Shown here in pieces: positions 42,380 to 53,462 of a stretch of 64,000 nucleotides of DNA (position 1 is the first letter of the stretch; the number at the start of each line of letters is the position of its first letter). Origin of the DNA: Candidatus Omnitrophota bacterium (GTDB lineage: Bacteria; Omnitrophota; Omnitrophia; Omnitrophales; Aquincolibacteriaceae); the NCBI GenBank assembly GCA_022711115.1, contig JAKLFP010000002.1:15674-79673 (forward strand), given 5' to 3'. The position numbers were made by a program, and so were the translations under genes. The notes below the pieces were generated by a model. It was given only the letters and a program-made list of their open reading frames with translations, ran no database searches and was not told where the DNA came from.

Positions 42380-43416
42380 TGGTTTGAGATCTTTCTAAGC
42401 TTGGACAACACCCGCAGAGCGCTTCCTGAATCAATGGCTTTTTGTGCGAGCTTTATACCATCGCCAACGGTACGGACTTTTTGACATACCCATAAACCGA
42501 AAGCGGCATTCAGCACTATCATGTCGCGCGCAGCGCCACGTTCTTTTCCGGTTAAAATTTTTTCGGCGATGCGCTTGCTTTCCTTAACTGAATTCACTCG
42601 CATATCTTTCAAAGATGCACGTCGTAAGCCGTATTTCTCCGGCCGTATCTTGTCATAACTTATATGGTTTGATTTTACACGTGCGACAATCGTGGGTGCG
42701 GAAGTTGAAATCTCATCCATGCCGTCTTTGCTGTGGCAGACAAGGCCCGTTTTATGGCCGAGGCGTGAGAGGACTTTCGCGTAAAGAGGAATTAGACGAT
42801 TTTCTGCAACACCCACCAACTGATAGTCAAGCTTCATGGGATTCACCAAGGGACCGAGCAGATTGAGAATGGTGCGTCGCTTCAGAGAACGTCGCAGAGG
42901 TTGCATTTTGGAAAATACAGGATGATGCGCAGGGGCATGAAAATAGCCAAGACCGCAGGTTTGGATGGCACGGATCATTTTTTTTTGACTCGCATCGAGA
43001 TTGATGCCAAATGATTCCAAAAGATCCGAGCTTCCGGATTTTGAAGTAATGGCACGATTCCCGTGTTTGGCAACTTTGCCGCCTGAACCAGCAATGACAA
43101 TCGCCGCAAGAGTGGATATGTTGATAGTGCAGCGGCTATCCCCTCCGGTCCCGCAGGTATCCATCAGCGAAGGAATTTTAAACCGAATGGGTTTCTCAAT
43201 CTGCTGTAATGCCTTCAAACAACCAAGCAATTCTTCCGATGTTTCTCCTTTTGCCGCCATCAAGAGTAAAAGTGTTTTTGCCTGATGAAAGGGAAGTTTT
43301 TCCTTAAAAAGCATTTTAAAAATCATTCGAGCATTGAGCAATGAAAAGGATTTCCCTGTCAGAAGTTCGGACAAACGCGAATGAATCCATCCGTAATTTT
43401 TTTCACAAGTCATCAT
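42376..43416 (-). CDS. trpD: Anthranilate phosphoribosyltransferase
   Basis: '[52 protein letters not shown]'. Confidence 0.9.
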   Translation of the reverse strand: MMTCEKNYGWIHSRLSELLTGKSFSLLNARMIFKMLFKEKLPFHQAKTLLLLMAAKGETSEELLGCLKALQQIEKPIRFKIPSLMDTCGTGGDSRCTINISTLAAIVIAGSGGKVAKHGNRAITSKSGSSDLLESFGINLDASQKKMIRAIQTCGLGYFHAPAHHPVFSKMQPLRRSLKRRTILNLLGPLVNPMKLDYQLVGVAENRLIPLYAKVLSRLGHKTGLVCHSKDGMDEISTSAPTIVARVKSNHISYDKIRPEKYGLRRASLKDMRVNSVKESKRIAEKILTGKERGAARDMIVLNAAFGLWVCQKVRTVGDGIKLAQKAIDSGSALRVLSKLRKISNQ

Positions 43417-43988
43417 GACAGTTTGGAAAGCTTTAAGAAATTTTTTAGAAGTTGCATACCTGATTCTGTCATGACAGATTCAGGATGGAATTGCACACCC
43501 CAAGTGGGATGGTCTTTGTGTTTCAGACCCATGATCTCCTGATCTTGGGTCCAGGCAATAATTTCGAGAATATCAGGGAGTGATTTTTTTTCCACTAGTA
43601 GTGAATGATAACGCGTGGCAATAAAGGGATTCGGCATTTTGAAAAAAAGCGGATTTTTATCATGAAAGATCCTGGATGTTTTTCCATGCATGATCGTTTC
43701 TGCGCGTACGACTTTACCGCCAAAAACATGGCCCAGACATTGGTGTCCCAGACAAACTCCGAGGATCGGCATTTTGCCGCTGAAGGTTCGGATCACATCG
43801 CAAGAAATTCCCGCTTCTTTCGGCGTGCAGGGCCCAGGCGAAATGACAATAGTGCGAGGATTCAGCCGTTTAATCTTTGAAATCGATATTTCGTCATTTC
43901 TCCACACGCGCGGATCTGCGTTTAATTCTCCGAGATATTGGACAAGGTTGTAAGTGAAGGAATCATAGTTATCAATGACGAGCAACAT
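43413..43988 (-). CDS. trpG: Anthranilate synthase component II (glutamine amidotransferase)
   Basis: '[22 protein letters not shown]' and 'GVCLGHQ'. Confidence 0.9.
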   Translation of the reverse strand: MLLVIDNYDSFTYNLVQYLGELNADPRVWRNDEISISKIKRLNPRTIVISPGPCTPKEAGISCDVIRTFSGKMPILGVCLGHQCLGHVFGGKVVRAETIMHGKTSRIFHDKNPLFFKMPNPFIATRYHSLLVEKKSLPDILEIIAWTQDQEIMGLKHKDHPTWGVQFHPESVMTESGMQLLKNFLKLSKLS

Positions 43989-45460
43989 TAGAAAAGAAGC
44001 CTTTCTTCGATTGCTTTTAAAAGCGCCTTGGATTTATTGACCGTTTCTTCATATTCACGGGCAGGATTCGAATCTTTAACAATGCCGGCACCGGCCTGCA
44101 AATACATTTTATTTTTGTGTAACATAATCGTACGGATCGTAATGCACATGTCCATATCACCGTCGAAGCCGAAATAACCCAAACATCCCCCATACGGTCC
44201 TCGGGTCTCGGGCTCAAGTTCGTTAATGATTTGCATAGCTCGAATTTTGGGAGCGCCCGAAAGTGTTCCCGCCGGAAAAGTTGCACGTAAAAGGTCCATG
44301 GCACTTCGTCCGGGCTTTAATCTGCTTTGAACGCGGCTTACAAGATGCATGACGTGTGAATATCGTTCGACAAACGCAAACCTCTCCACTTTGACGGATT
44401 TATATTCTGAAACGCGTCCCAGATCGTTTCGTCCGAGATCGACAAGCATCAGGTGTTCGGCCATTTCCTTGGTCGATGCTTTTAGGTGTTTTTCGTATCG
44501 CAGATCCTGTCTTTCCGTAGTACCTCTCGGGCGTGTTCCGGCTATAGGGCGAACTTCGGCTAGGCGCTTGGTTTTTTTAACCAACATTTCGGGAGACGAT
44601 CCGATGAGCCGAAACTGGCCGCTTCGGAAATAGAACATATAAGGCGATGGATTGATCGACCTCAAAGAACGGTACAGCTGAAAATCATTGCCGTGATGAA
44701 GTAAATTAAAACGCTGGGAAAGAACCACTTGGATGCAATCGCCGGCTCGTATATATTCCTTGATTCGTTTGACTTTGGCCTCAAAATCTGTTCGAGACAT
44801 GTTGGGCTGGAGGTGCGGTATGCCCGGATTTTTTTCAGAAGCGGGCACCTTAAGGGATTTTTGAAGCAACAAGCGATATTTCGACATCCGACGAATGCCG
44901 TCCTTGTATGCCGATTCAGGATTTTTAAACCGGTCGACGTTCACAAGAATCACGATCGAAAGTGTTTTGCGATAATGGTCAAACACCACAAAATCTTCTA
45001 CGCGAAAAAAAATACCCAAAGGAAAACCGGGACCCTTTTTAGGCGTCAATTTGATTTTTTCGAAATAGCGGACATTCTCGTAAGAGAGAAAACCTACGAA
45101 ACCGCCACGAAATCCTGGGAAAGCCTCGGGGTTGGCGAGATTCCGGGTTTGAAGCTCTTGCTCGATCACATCAAGCAAGACGGCATTTTTAAGAAACTTT
45201 CGGTGCCCTTTTTCCGTAATTTGGACACCCCCTTTTGAAGATTCATAGATGGCGGCGGGTTCTATGCCGAGGAACGAAAAACGGCCGATCTTCTCCTCCT
45301 GTTCTGCGGATTCCAGCAGAAAGGCATGTTTGGACCTTTTTGAAATTTTGAGAAAACTGGAAACAGGAGTTTCAAGGTCTGCCGGAAAAGTATCGGCCAA
45401 AGCGATGATATTACCTTTTGGGACAAAACTTTTAAATGTTTGCAGGTCAGGCGTGATCAT
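43988..45460 (-). CDS. trpE: Anthranilate synthase component I
   Basis: '[43 protein letters not shown]'. Confidence 0.9.
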   Translation of the reverse strand: MITPDLQTFKSFVPKGNIIALADTFPADLETPVSSFLKISKRSKHAFLLESAEQEEKIGRFSFLGIEPAAIYESSKGGVQITEKGHRKFLKNAVLLDVIEQELQTRNLANPEAFPGFRGGFVGFLSYENVRYFEKIKLTPKKGPGFPLGIFFRVEDFVVFDHYRKTLSIVILVNVDRFKNPESAYKDGIRRMSKYRLLLQKSLKVPASEKNPGIPHLQPNMSRTDFEAKVKRIKEYIRAGDCIQVVLSQRFNLLHHGNDFQLYRSLRSINPSPYMFYFRSGQFRLIGSSPEMLVKKTKRLAEVRPIAGTRPRGTTERQDLRYEKHLKASTKEMAEHLMLVDLGRNDLGRVSEYKSVKVERFAFVERYSHVMHLVSRVQSRLKPGRSAMDLLRATFPAGTLSGAPKIRAMQIINELEPETRGPYGGCLGYFGFDGDMDMCITIRTIMLHKNKMYLQAGAGIVKDSNPAREYEETVNKSKALLKAIEERLLF

Positions 45461-45834
45461 TTCTTGTAAGTTTTCTCAGGATCAAAAACTTTTTGTTGCG
45501 TTATTCGAATGATATCTCCTCGATCATTCATCTCGTGTACAAAGCATGTCCGGTAACCAAGATGACAAGCTCCTCCCTTTTGCGTCACACGCACAAGCAA
45601 AGTGTCTTTGTCACAATCCGTTAGGACTTGCTTCACATCCTGGATGTGGCCCGAGCTTTCACCTTTGACCCAGTATTGATTGCGGGAGCGTGAAAAAAAG
45701 ACAGTATGTTTCTCCTTGAGGGTTCGCTCTACAGCGGTTTGATCCATGTAAGCAAGCATGAGCACTTCTCCAGATTCAGCATCCTGAATAATTACCGGAA
45801 GCAGGCCTTGGGCATTGTACTTGAGATCTTCCAT
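45457..45834 (-). CDS. hisI: Phosphoribosyl-AMP cyclohydrolase (monofunctional HisI)
   Basis: 'GLLPVIIQDAESGEVLMLAYMDQTAVERTLKEKHTVFFSRSRNQYWVKGESSGHIQ'. A 4-nt overlap with trpE indicates translational coupling. Confidence 0.85.
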   Translation of the reverse strand: MEDLKYNAQGLLPVIIQDAESGEVLMLAYMDQTAVERTLKEKHTVFFSRSRNQYWVKGESSGHIQDVKQVLTDCDKDTLLVRVTQKGGACHLGYRTCFVHEMNDRGDIIRITQQKVFDPEKTYKK

Positions 45835-45991
45835 TTAGACGTATTCTCCTTTGGATAATAGAGTTACAGCATTTCCCATCACAAATTTATAAGGTGAATA
45901 GTTGAGTATGCCATAATTATGTTCTGTGTCAAGTAGTTACACTTTTAAGGAATCATCTTTATCAGTAGGAAAATTGTGGATCAGGATTATT

Positions 45992-46204
45992 TTACACAAC
46001 TTGTATGGTAGAACCACCGTACTCAATACGTTGCCCCTTACGGAGCTTGCATCCCTTGCGCAGTTCGATCCGGCCATCAACTTTCACAAGGGATTGACCG
46101 ATCGCATATTTGGCCGAACCACCACTCTCACACAAACCTGACACCTTGAGCAGTTTCACAAGCTCGATGAAGTCGTCGGAAAGTTTAAAAGTAATTTCAT
46201 TCAT
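45992..46204 (-). CDS. Small S4-domain RNA-binding protein (YaaA-like)
   Basis: 70 aa, 'KVSGLCESGGSAKYAIGQSLVKVDGRIELRKGCKLRKGQRIEYGG'. Confidence 0.6.
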   Translation of the reverse strand: MNEITFKLSDDFIELVKLLKVSGLCESGGSAKYAIGQSLVKVDGRIELRKGCKLRKGQRIEYGGSTIQVV

Positions 46205-47837
46205 GCGGACAAAGTTTCGACTTTTTCTCTCTGATCACGGGATCCTTAAGGAAATCATCCAAGGTCGTTTCTTGTTTGTCGATGATACCAAACGGCGTAA
46301 GCTCAATGATACGATTGGCCACGGTCTGAACAAATTGATGGTCATGCGATGAGAATAGCAAGGTCCCTTGAAATTTTTCCAGACTCTGGTTGAGCGCCGT
46401 AATGGATTCCAAATCTAAATGATTGGTTGGCTCATCCAGGATAAGCACGTTGGCTCCGGAAAGCATCATGCGGGCCAACATGCAGCGTACCCGCTCCCCG
46501 CCGGAAAGAACGGAAGCTTTTTTAAGCGATTCTTCACCGGAAAAAAGCATTCGACCTAGAAATCCACGGATAAAATTCTCATCCTTTTCCTTAGAAAACT
46601 GGCGGAGCCAGTCGACAAGATCAAGATCGATTTCAAAATATCTACGATTTTCACGCGGGAAATAGGCCCTTTTCGTTGAAATGCCCCATTTGAATTGTCC
46701 GTAGTCGGGTTGAAGTTCGCCCGCGAGGATTTGAAAAAGCGTCGATTTCACTCGATCCGAGGGACCGATAAAAGCGATCTTATCCCCCTTAGCGACGCGC
46801 AAATCTAAAGCCTTGAACATGAGTTCGCCGTCCAGAGTCTTTTCCAGGTTTTCAATTTCGAGCAGGTCATTGCCGGCCTCCCTTTCAGGTTTAAACAAAA
46901 TATTGGGATACCGACGGGAAGTGGGACGGATATCCTCAAGTGTCAGTTTTTCCAGCAATTTTTTCCGGGATGTTGCCTGCCGTGATTTAGAAGCATTGGC
47001 GCTAAAACGTGCGATAAAGGCCTGTAATTCCTTGCGCTTTTCCTCGATATTTTTATTTGATTCCGACTTTTGCCGCAAGACAAGCTGGCTGGATTCGTAC
47101 CAAAAGGAATAATTACCCGTATACAATTGTATTTTGCCAAAATCAATATCAGCGATATGCGTGCAGACTCGATCCAAAAAATGCCGGTCATGAGAAACCA
47201 CAATGGCTGTGTTTTTAAAATCATAAAGAAAATCTTCAAGCCAAAGACATGTCTCAACATCTAAATGATTGGTCGGCTCATCAAGAAGCAGGATGTCCGG
47301 GTTCCCGAAAAGCGCCTGGGCAAGAAGAACCCGAACCTTTTGACTTGCCTCAAGTTGCTTCATGGGAACGGCATGGTATCGATGGGAGATTCCCAGATCG
47401 CTTAACAGCTTGGATGCTTCCGCTTCAGCATCCCAACCGTGCATCTCGTTGAACTCATGTTCAAGATCGGCCGCACGAAGACCATCTGCGTCTGAAAAAT
47501 CTTTCTTCGCGTAAATCTCATCCTTTTCACGAATGATGTTGTAGAGCTTTTCGTGCCCCATGATGACGGTGCGAAGCACAGGATATTCGTCGAAAGCGAA
47601 TTGATCCTGTTTAAGAATAGAAATACGCTCATTTTTCCCAACGGTGATAGTGCCAGCGGTAGATTCCAAACTCCCGGCCAGGATCTTGAGGAAAGTGGAT
47701 TTGCCGGAGCCGTTGGCCCCAATAAGTCCGTAGCAGTTCCCTGGCGTAAACATGATGTTGACATTCTCGAACAAAATACGCTTTCCGAATTGTAGTGTGA
47801 TACCGTTTGCAGAAATCATAGATGCCTCACAATTCAA
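46197..47837 (-). CDS. ABC-F family ATPase (two tandem ABC domains, no TM domain)
   Basis: 'GLIGANGSGKSTFLKIL', 'LSGGERVR', and a second Walker A/signature pair. The likely start is 'MISANGI' at ~47819. Confidence 0.85.
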   Translation of the reverse strand: MNCEASMISANGITLQFGKRILFENVNIMFTPGNCYGLIGANGSGKSTFLKILAGSLESTAGTITVGKNERISILKQDQFAFDEYPVLRTVIMGHEKLYNIIREKDEIYAKKDFSDADGLRAADLEHEFNEMHGWDAEAEASKLLSDLGISHRYHAVPMKQLEASQKVRVLLAQALFGNPDILLLDEPTNHLDVETCLWLEDFLYDFKNTAIVVSHDRHFLDRVCTHIADIDFGKIQLYTGNYSFWYESSQLVLRQKSESNKNIEEKRKELQAFIARFSANASKSRQATSRKKLLEKLTLEDIRPTSRRYPNILFKPEREAGNDLLEIENLEKTLDGELMFKALDLRVAKGDKIAFIGPSDRVKSTLFQILAGELQPDYGQFKWGISTKRAYFPRENRRYFEIDLDLVDWLRQFSKEKDENFIRGFLGRMLFSGEESLKKASVLSGGERVRCMLARMMLSGANVLILDEPTNHLDLESITALNQSLEKFQGTLLFSSHDHQFVQTVANRIIELTPFGIIDKQETTLDDFLKDPVIREKKSKLCPHE

Positions 47838-47926
47838 ATCTGCTTTTGATGATTCCCTCTGGATATGGAAGGTTTACTGTCAGAACGTCAATCTCAGGGA
47901 GGTGAAGTGCCTTTCGAACAAAACAA

Positions 47927-48370
47927 CTACTTGAAAAAACCTTTCGAAGCTTTTAATACATCCACTTGACATTTTGAGCCATTTTCCATTGAGTCGGGAA
48001 GGGCGCGCAATATGCGTACACGCGATATTTTTTTATCTAGCGTTTGAGGGTCTTCCCTTTCCGGAAAACAAGGTAATTGTTTTTTGAAATCAAAAAAATC
48101 GGCAATCATCATGGATGCTTCCTGCCCCTGTTCAGCGCTTAAGCTTTCCCTTTCTGTGGCGCCGATAATACCAAAGAACTTTTTCTTCGCATTTCTTACA
48201 AAAATTTTTTTAACGGAACCCAAAATTACAGTCCCATCATTTTCGTTATAAAAAATTCTTTCTCCGACCTTGACACGTCCGTGGAGGACCGGTCCTTCAA
48301 AAACAATGCCGCTCTGGTGAACCGGAAAAAAAATCTTAATCTCCATTTCAAAAGGAGCTGTTAAACCCAT
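47927..48370 (-). CDS. Hypothetical protein
   Basis: 147-aa ORF in operon-like spacing, with no motif I recognise. Confidence 0.4.
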   Translation of the reverse strand: MGLTAPFEMEIKIFFPVHQSGIVFEGPVLHGRVKVGERIFYNENDGTVILGSVKKIFVRNAKKKFFGIIGATERESLSAEQGQEASMMIADFFDFKKQLPCFPEREDPQTLDKKISRVRILRALPDSMENGSKCQVDVLKASKGFFK

Positions 48371-48403
48371 GATCTTTTCAGCGATTCTTAGAGATACCGG
48401 AGT

Positions 48404-48958
48404 TCAGTCTTGAACGATTTTATATTTTGTATGGGATTCAATGTCTTGTTGCAAATAAGTGGGAATAGAATTGCCGGTGGCGATTGCTTTTCGTACATTC
48501 TGATATGCTTTTTCGTAATCGCCTTTGTAAGCGTAAGCTTTCGCTAAGTTCACATAAACGATCCCGTAAGTATTGTTGATTTGAATCGATTTTTGATAAT
48601 CCGCGAAAGCTTTATCCCACTGATTCCTATCCGCATAAATTTTCCCGCGCATATTATAAGGCTGAGGAATATTGGGAGCCGTTTTAATAAGATCATTTAA
48701 TTCTTTGAAGGCGGTGTCTACATCCCCTTGTTGCTGAAGGACGAGAGCGTGGTTGTAACGTGCTAAGGCATAATTCGGATTGATTTCAAGGGCCTTGTTA
48801 ATAGCAACCATGGCCTCTGCGTACCGCTTGTCTAAGAGGAGCTGAATGCCCTTATCGAGAGCCACTTCTTCCGGCTTTTTCATGCAACCCCAGAAGGTTG
48901 TTGCCAAACAAACCAAAATCCCCAATGCGCAAAGGACCAAAAGATTTCTTTTAATCAT
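48404..48958 (-). CDS. TPR-repeat lipoprotein
   Basis: Lipobox 'LVCLATTFWGC', followed by TPR-like repeats 'AEAMVAINKALEINPNYALARYNHALVLQQQGD' and others. Confidence 0.7.
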   Translation of the reverse strand: MIKRNLLVLCALGILVCLATTFWGCMKKPEEVALDKGIQLLLDKRYAEAMVAINKALEINPNYALARYNHALVLQQQGDVDTAFKELNDLIKTAPNIPQPYNMRGKIYADRNQWDKAFADYQKSIQINNTYGIVYVNLAKAYAYKGDYEKAYQNVRKAIATGNSIPTYLQQDIESHTKYKIVQD

Positions 48959-49053
48959 AACTCCTCCATAGTTTTATACATACTATTTACATTTAATAAC
49001 GGCATCGGATCTTGTTTTATTAATCAAAAGAACTGGAACAAAGAAAAAATCAA

Positions 49054-49812
49054 CTACAGGCGCACAGGTATCCCCTTGCTTTGAAGAAATGCCTTGGTTT
49101 CCGGGATGTTAAATTGCCCGAAATGAAAAATCGAAGCAGCAAGGCAGGCGTCTGCTTTACCGATTTTAAAACCTTCAAAAAAATGGTTCAAGTTGCCAAC
49201 GCCGCCTGAAGCAATCACCGGGATTTTGACGGATTCAGAGATCCGTCGCGTCAGATCGAGATCGTAACCGTTTTTTGTTCCGTCACAGTCCATGCTTGTC
49301 AAAAGGATTTCTCCAGCGCCAAGTTTTTCGACTTTTTGGGCCCATTGGACCGCGTCAAGCCCGGTGGATTTTCGGCCGCCATGTGTGTAAACGTTCCATT
49401 TGTTTTTTGCTTCACGCTTTGCATCAATGGCAACGACAATACATTGACTCCCGAATCGTCTGCTTGCCGCAAGGATAAATTGGGGATTGCGAACCGCACT
49501 GGTATTGATCGAGACCTTATCGCAGCCGGTTTTGAGCAGTTCTCGTATGTCGGAGATCGTATTGATGCCGCCGCCCACGGTGAACGGAATAAAGATAGTG
49601 GCCGCGACTTTTTCGGCCATGTCAATCACGGTGCGACGATTTTCGTGCGAGGCCGTAATATCTAGAAAAACAAGTTCATCGGCATTTTGTTGATCATAGG
49701 CCTTTGCGCAAGATACGGGATCGCCCGCGTCCTTAAGAGAAACAAATTTGACGCCTTTTACGACACGTCCCTCTCTGACGTCCAGACAAGGAATAATACG
49801 ACGGGCAAACAT
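49054..49812 (-). CDS. hisF: Imidazole glycerol phosphate synthase cyclase subunit
   Basis: '[33 protein letters not shown]'. Confidence 0.9.
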   Translation of the reverse strand: MFARRIIPCLDVREGRVVKGVKFVSLKDAGDPVSCAKAYDQQNADELVFLDITASHENRRTVIDMAEKVAATIFIPFTVGGGINTISDIRELLKTGCDKVSINTSAVRNPQFILAASRRFGSQCIVVAIDAKREAKNKWNVYTHGGRKSTGLDAVQWAQKVEKLGAGEILLTSMDCDGTKNGYDLDLTRRISESVKIPVIASGGVGNLNHFFEGFKIGKADACLAASIFHFGQFNIPETKAFLQSKGIPVRL

Positions 49813-49813
49813 G

Positions 49814-50224
49814 CTAAAGTGTCATCTGGTTGTTTTCAATTTGTTTCAGGATAAGCAGCGTGCAGGTCGCAAGAGCGATTAAATGAGCCATCATAGCGAA
49901 AAGCATCATAAGAATAAGCATGAAGGCCATGCCCAGCTCATAGAGAGATGGCTTTTGTATGTTTGCCGTCATGTATAAAAAGGCAAAAAGAAACAGTGAA
50001 ACCAGGAATATAATCCAACCAAGGCCGAATTGCCATCGCCTGACATACAGTTTTTTGATCTCACCAAGCCACTTGGAATTCAAAGACTTCGTTTGTTTGA
50101 TCATACTATGCATGAAGAGGTGCCGGATGAGCAAAAAAACAAATAAATATCCGGCTGCGTAAAGACTCAACGAGCACGTCCACTGGCTGAGAATGAAGCT
50201 CCCAAAATTTGCGATTTTATCCAT
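49814..50224 (-). CDS. Small 4-TM membrane protein inserted between hisA and hisF
   Basis: Four hydrophobic helices. The gene is packed tightly (1-4 nt gaps) inside the his operon. Confidence 0.5.
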   Translation of the reverse strand: MDKIANFGSFILSQWTCSLSLYAAGYLFVFLLIRHLFMHSMIKQTKSLNSKWLGEIKKLYVRRWQFGLGWIIFLVSLFLFAFLYMTANIQKPSLYELGMAFMLILMMLFAMMAHLIALATCTLLILKQIENNQMTL

Positions 50225-50228
50225 TTTT

Positions 50229-50969
50229 TTATTCCTTCTTCCTGTTCAGTTGATTGAATGCTTCTACAAGCGTGAATCTCTTTTCATAAAGGGCTTTTCC
50301 GATGATCGCCCCCGCAAAATTTTTTGCAGAGATCGAACGAAGATACTCAATATCCGAGAGCTGACTGATCCCGCCGGAAAGAATGACAGAGGCCTTGGTT
50401 TTTTCGAGAACCAGTTGAAGTTTCTGCCAATTGGGGCCCTGCAAAACGCCATCCTTTTCGATATCTGTATAGATGATCGTTTGAACATCGAATTGATCGG
50501 CAAGCACGAGGGCCTGGGCCAGCGAGATATTCCCATCCTCTGCCCATCCGTCGGTTTTAACACTATCGTGGCGCACATCAAACCCTACTGCAATCCCCGA
50601 GCCATAACTTCGGACGATTTGCTTGAGAAAAACTGGATCAAGCGCTTTTGTTCCGAGAACAACCCGCGTCACACCAAGGTCAAAAACTTTTTGAATGTCT
50701 GCAAGAGTCCGAAGCCCCCCGCCAAATTGAATTTTTGACTTCACTCTTTTGCAAATGGCTGCTAGCGACTTCTCATTTGACATCTGACCTGTTTTGGCTC
50801 CTTCCAAGTCCACGACATGAATCCATTGGGCTCCTTGGCCTTGCCAGATACTGGCCATTTCAGCGGGATTATTCGAATAGATGGTGCAGGTGTTAAAATC
50901 ACCTTGTGTGAGTCTCACCACCTGACCTTGAAAAAGATCGATTGCTGGATAGAGGTTCATCGTCACCAC
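50229..50969 (-). CDS. hisA: ProFAR isomerase
   Basis: 'LYPAIDLFQGQVVRLTQGDF' and 'IHVVDLEGA'. Confidence 0.9.
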   Translation of the reverse strand: MVTMNLYPAIDLFQGQVVRLTQGDFNTCTIYSNNPAEMASIWQGQGAQWIHVVDLEGAKTGQMSNEKSLAAICKRVKSKIQFGGGLRTLADIQKVFDLGVTRVVLGTKALDPVFLKQIVRSYGSGIAVGFDVRHDSVKTDGWAEDGNISLAQALVLADQFDVQTIIYTDIEKDGVLQGPNWQKLQLVLEKTKASVILSGGISQLSDIEYLRSISAKNFAGAIIGKALYEKRFTLVEAFNQLNRKKE

Positions 50970-51580
50970 CGAATAAAATTTTTAAGAATCTTAAGACCGA
51001 CATCTTGACTTTTTTCAGGATGAAATTGTGTCGCAAAAACACAATCATTTCCAACCGCAGCCGCGAAATCCTCTTCACCATAATGGGATGTTGCCAATAA
51101 GATGTTTTTCAATGCTGGTTTTCCATAATACGAATGCACAAAATAAAAATAGTCTCCATCGCTAATGCTCTCAAGGAGCGGATGCTTTTTGCGAATACAG
51201 ATATCATTCCAACCCATATGCGGCACTTTCACATTCCTGGAACGGAATCTCACCACATGCCCCTTTAAAAGGCCCAGACCATCGACATTCGGACTTTCTT
51301 CGCTTTTTTCGAAAAGCAGCTGTAATCCCAAACAAACACCGAACAGCTTCATCTTTTTTGAAGCCAACAGTTTAATAGGTTCGATCAATCCGCGCGAGTG
51401 GAGCTCTTTCATCGCATCTCCAAAAGCACCCACGCCGGGTAGAATCACTTTTTTCGCTTTTTTGAGATCTGCGGCTCTTGTGCATATCGTGTATGCAGCC
51501 CCAAGATATTCCAAGGCCTTGGAGACACTGCGCAGATTTCCCATACCGTAATCTATGATTGTAATCATCGTGGTTTCCAT
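50963..51580 (-). CDS. hisH: Imidazole glycerol phosphate synthase glutamine amidotransferase subunit
   Basis: 'ITIIDYGMGNLRSVSKALEYLG', 'GVCLGLQLLF' and 'ATQFHPEKS'. Confidence 0.9.
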   Translation of the reverse strand: METTMITIIDYGMGNLRSVSKALEYLGAAYTICTRAADLKKAKKVILPGVGAFGDAMKELHSRGLIEPIKLLASKKMKLFGVCLGLQLLFEKSEESPNVDGLGLLKGHVVRFRSRNVKVPHMGWNDICIRKKHPLLESISDGDYFYFVHSYYGKPALKNILLATSHYGEEDFAAAVGNDCVFATQFHPEKSQDVGLKILKNFIRW

Positions 51581-51600
51581 TTTTTCAAAAAAGGGTGGAA

Positions 51601-52197
51601 CTAAAGCTTCCCTTTTGTCGACGGCACGCCTTTGACGCGCGGATCGATGCTTGTGGCAATATCCAGCGATCTTGCCAAAGATTTGAATATACCTTCAAGG
51701 ATATGATGCGTATCTTCACCAGCAAGAATTCCGATGTGCATATTGACTCCGGCGTGTTGACAGAAAGAGCGTAAGAAATCAACTGCGTCCTCAAAAGTGT
51801 ATTGCGGATGACGGCCCACGCGCACACCTTGTTCCTTTCTCAAAAAAAGAGAAGGTCTTCCCGATATATCCAAAGTAACGCGGATCAAGGCTTCATCCAT
51901 GGGAACGGCAAAACACCCGTAACGACGAATCCCCTTTTTATCTCTCAAGGCTTTGGCAAAAGCTTGTCCTAACGTGATGCCGAGATCCTCATTCGTGTGA
52001 TGGATATCGACTTCCAGGTCTCCATGTGCTTTTATGGAAAGATCGAACAGACCATGTTTCGCAAAGAGTGTCAGCATGTGATCCAAAAAAGGAATTTTCG
52101 TATGAATATCGGATTTTCCATGCCCCTCAATCACTAATTTGATTTGGATAGCCGTTTCCAGGGTTTTTCGTTTGACGACTGCCATTCGAGTTTTCAT
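51601..52197 (-). CDS. hisB: Imidazoleglycerol-phosphate dehydratase (monofunctional)
   Basis: 'KRKTLETAIQIKLVIEGHGKSDIHTKIPFLDHMLTLFAKHG...DIHHTNEDLGI'. Confidence 0.9.
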   Translation of the reverse strand: MKTRMAVVKRKTLETAIQIKLVIEGHGKSDIHTKIPFLDHMLTLFAKHGLFDLSIKAHGDLEVDIHHTNEDLGITLGQAFAKALRDKKGIRRYGCFAVPMDEALIRVTLDISGRPSLFLRKEQGVRVGRHPQYTFEDAVDFLRSFCQHAGVNMHIGILAGEDTHHILEGIFKSLARSLDIATSIDPRVKGVPSTKGKL

Positions 52198-53459
52198 TAT
52201 ACGGACTCCTTTTCTGGCGTATCGGATGGTTTCTTCACGAGGCGTGCTTCAAGAGAAATCCTGTGCAGAAAAAGCCCTTCCATATCGGTTAATTTTTGTA
52301 CGTGTTCTTTAGCTCCCTGAAGCGCTTGTTGAGTGTAGCGAATGATTTGAGAACTTTTAATGAAAGTAGAAGCGCTTAACGGTGAAAAATAGCGTGCCGT
52401 GCCGCCGGTCGGAAGGACATGGCTTGGACCTGCCATATAGTCACCGATGACTGTAGGCGAAAAGTCTCCTAAAAAGATGGCACCGGCATGCTGGATTGAT
52501 TGCGCAACTTTGTCCGGTTCTTCCGTCATAATCTCTAGATGTTCGGGCGCAATTTCGTTGACCACATCGCAGCCCTCGGCAATGGATTTGACCTGGATGA
52601 TAATGCCGGAATCCACTCGTTTGCGCATACCCTCAACAAGTTTTTTGGAGTTGGTAACCAAATATCCGGTCCCACCGTGGTGTTCGGTCTGCGCCAGAAG
52701 GTCGCAAGTCACATAATCCGGATTTGCTGTGGTATCCGCAAGAATGGCGACTTCACTTGGCCCGGCAACCATATCGATATTTACAAAACCGTAAACTTGT
52801 CGTTTTGCTTCGGTAACGTAGGCATTGCCCGGACCGACGATCATGTCAACCTTGGGCACAGTCTTTGTCCCGAAAGCGAATGCCCCGATCGCCTGAACAC
52901 CGCCCACGCGATAGATCTCATTAACTCCTAAAAGATTGGCCACTGACAGGATATGGGGATCGATCTCACCGGTATCGCGTCGCGGAGGCGTTGTGATTGC
53001 AATAGATTTGACGCCGGCAACTTTTGCCGGGATAACGGTCATATAGACTGTCGATACAAGAGGGGCTGTTCCCGCCGGAATGTAGATACCAAGCCGATCG
53101 ACCGGCCGGTAGTGTTTGCCGAGATAAATACCATTCGCTCCGTTGATCTCAAAAGATTTTTTCAGCTCTTTTTCATAATATTCGCGAACATTTTCAGTAA
53201 TTTGTTTAAGAAGGGGCACAAACTGGACCTGAATCTTTTCGAAGGCACGGTTGATATCCCCTTGTGTGACCGCTAATCGCTTGAGAGGCAGGTCGATTCC
53301 GTCGAATTCCCGAGTGTATCGGCGCAAAGCCAAGTCACCCGATTGTCGGACCTCTGAAAGAATACGGCTTACCTTTTTGAATACCTTAGTATCAAAGTAG
53401 GTCGCATAGTCACGTCGGATCTTTTTTTGAGTGGTCTTATCCCAATTTAATACCTGCAT
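52197..53459 (-). CDS. hisD: Histidinol dehydrogenase
   Basis: 'MIVGPGNAYVTEAKRQVYG', 'AGPSEVAIL' and 'DLLAQTEHH'. Confidence 0.9.
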   Translation of the reverse strand: MQVLNWDKTTQKKIRRDYATYFDTKVFKKVSRILSEVRQSGDLALRRYTREFDGIDLPLKRLAVTQGDINRAFEKIQVQFVPLLKQITENVREYYEKELKKSFEINGANGIYLGKHYRPVDRLGIYIPAGTAPLVSTVYMTVIPAKVAGVKSIAITTPPRRDTGEIDPHILSVANLLGVNEIYRVGGVQAIGAFAFGTKTVPKVDMIVGPGNAYVTEAKRQVYGFVNIDMVAGPSEVAILADTTANPDYVTCDLLAQTEHHGGTGYLVTNSKKLVEGMRKRVDSGIIIQVKSIAEGCDVVNEIAPEHLEIMTEEPDKVAQSIQHAGAIFLGDFSPTVIGDYMAGPSHVLPTGGTARYFSPLSASTFIKSSQIIRYTQQALQGAKEHVQKLTDMEGLFLHRISLEARLVKKPSDTPEKESV

Positions 53460-53462
53460 GAA

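Noticed and set aside
47927-48370. Considered a PilZ-domain call for the 147-aa ORF
   Set aside because: The 'RxxxR ... DxSxGG' PilZ signatures are not present in the right order. It is left as hypothetical.
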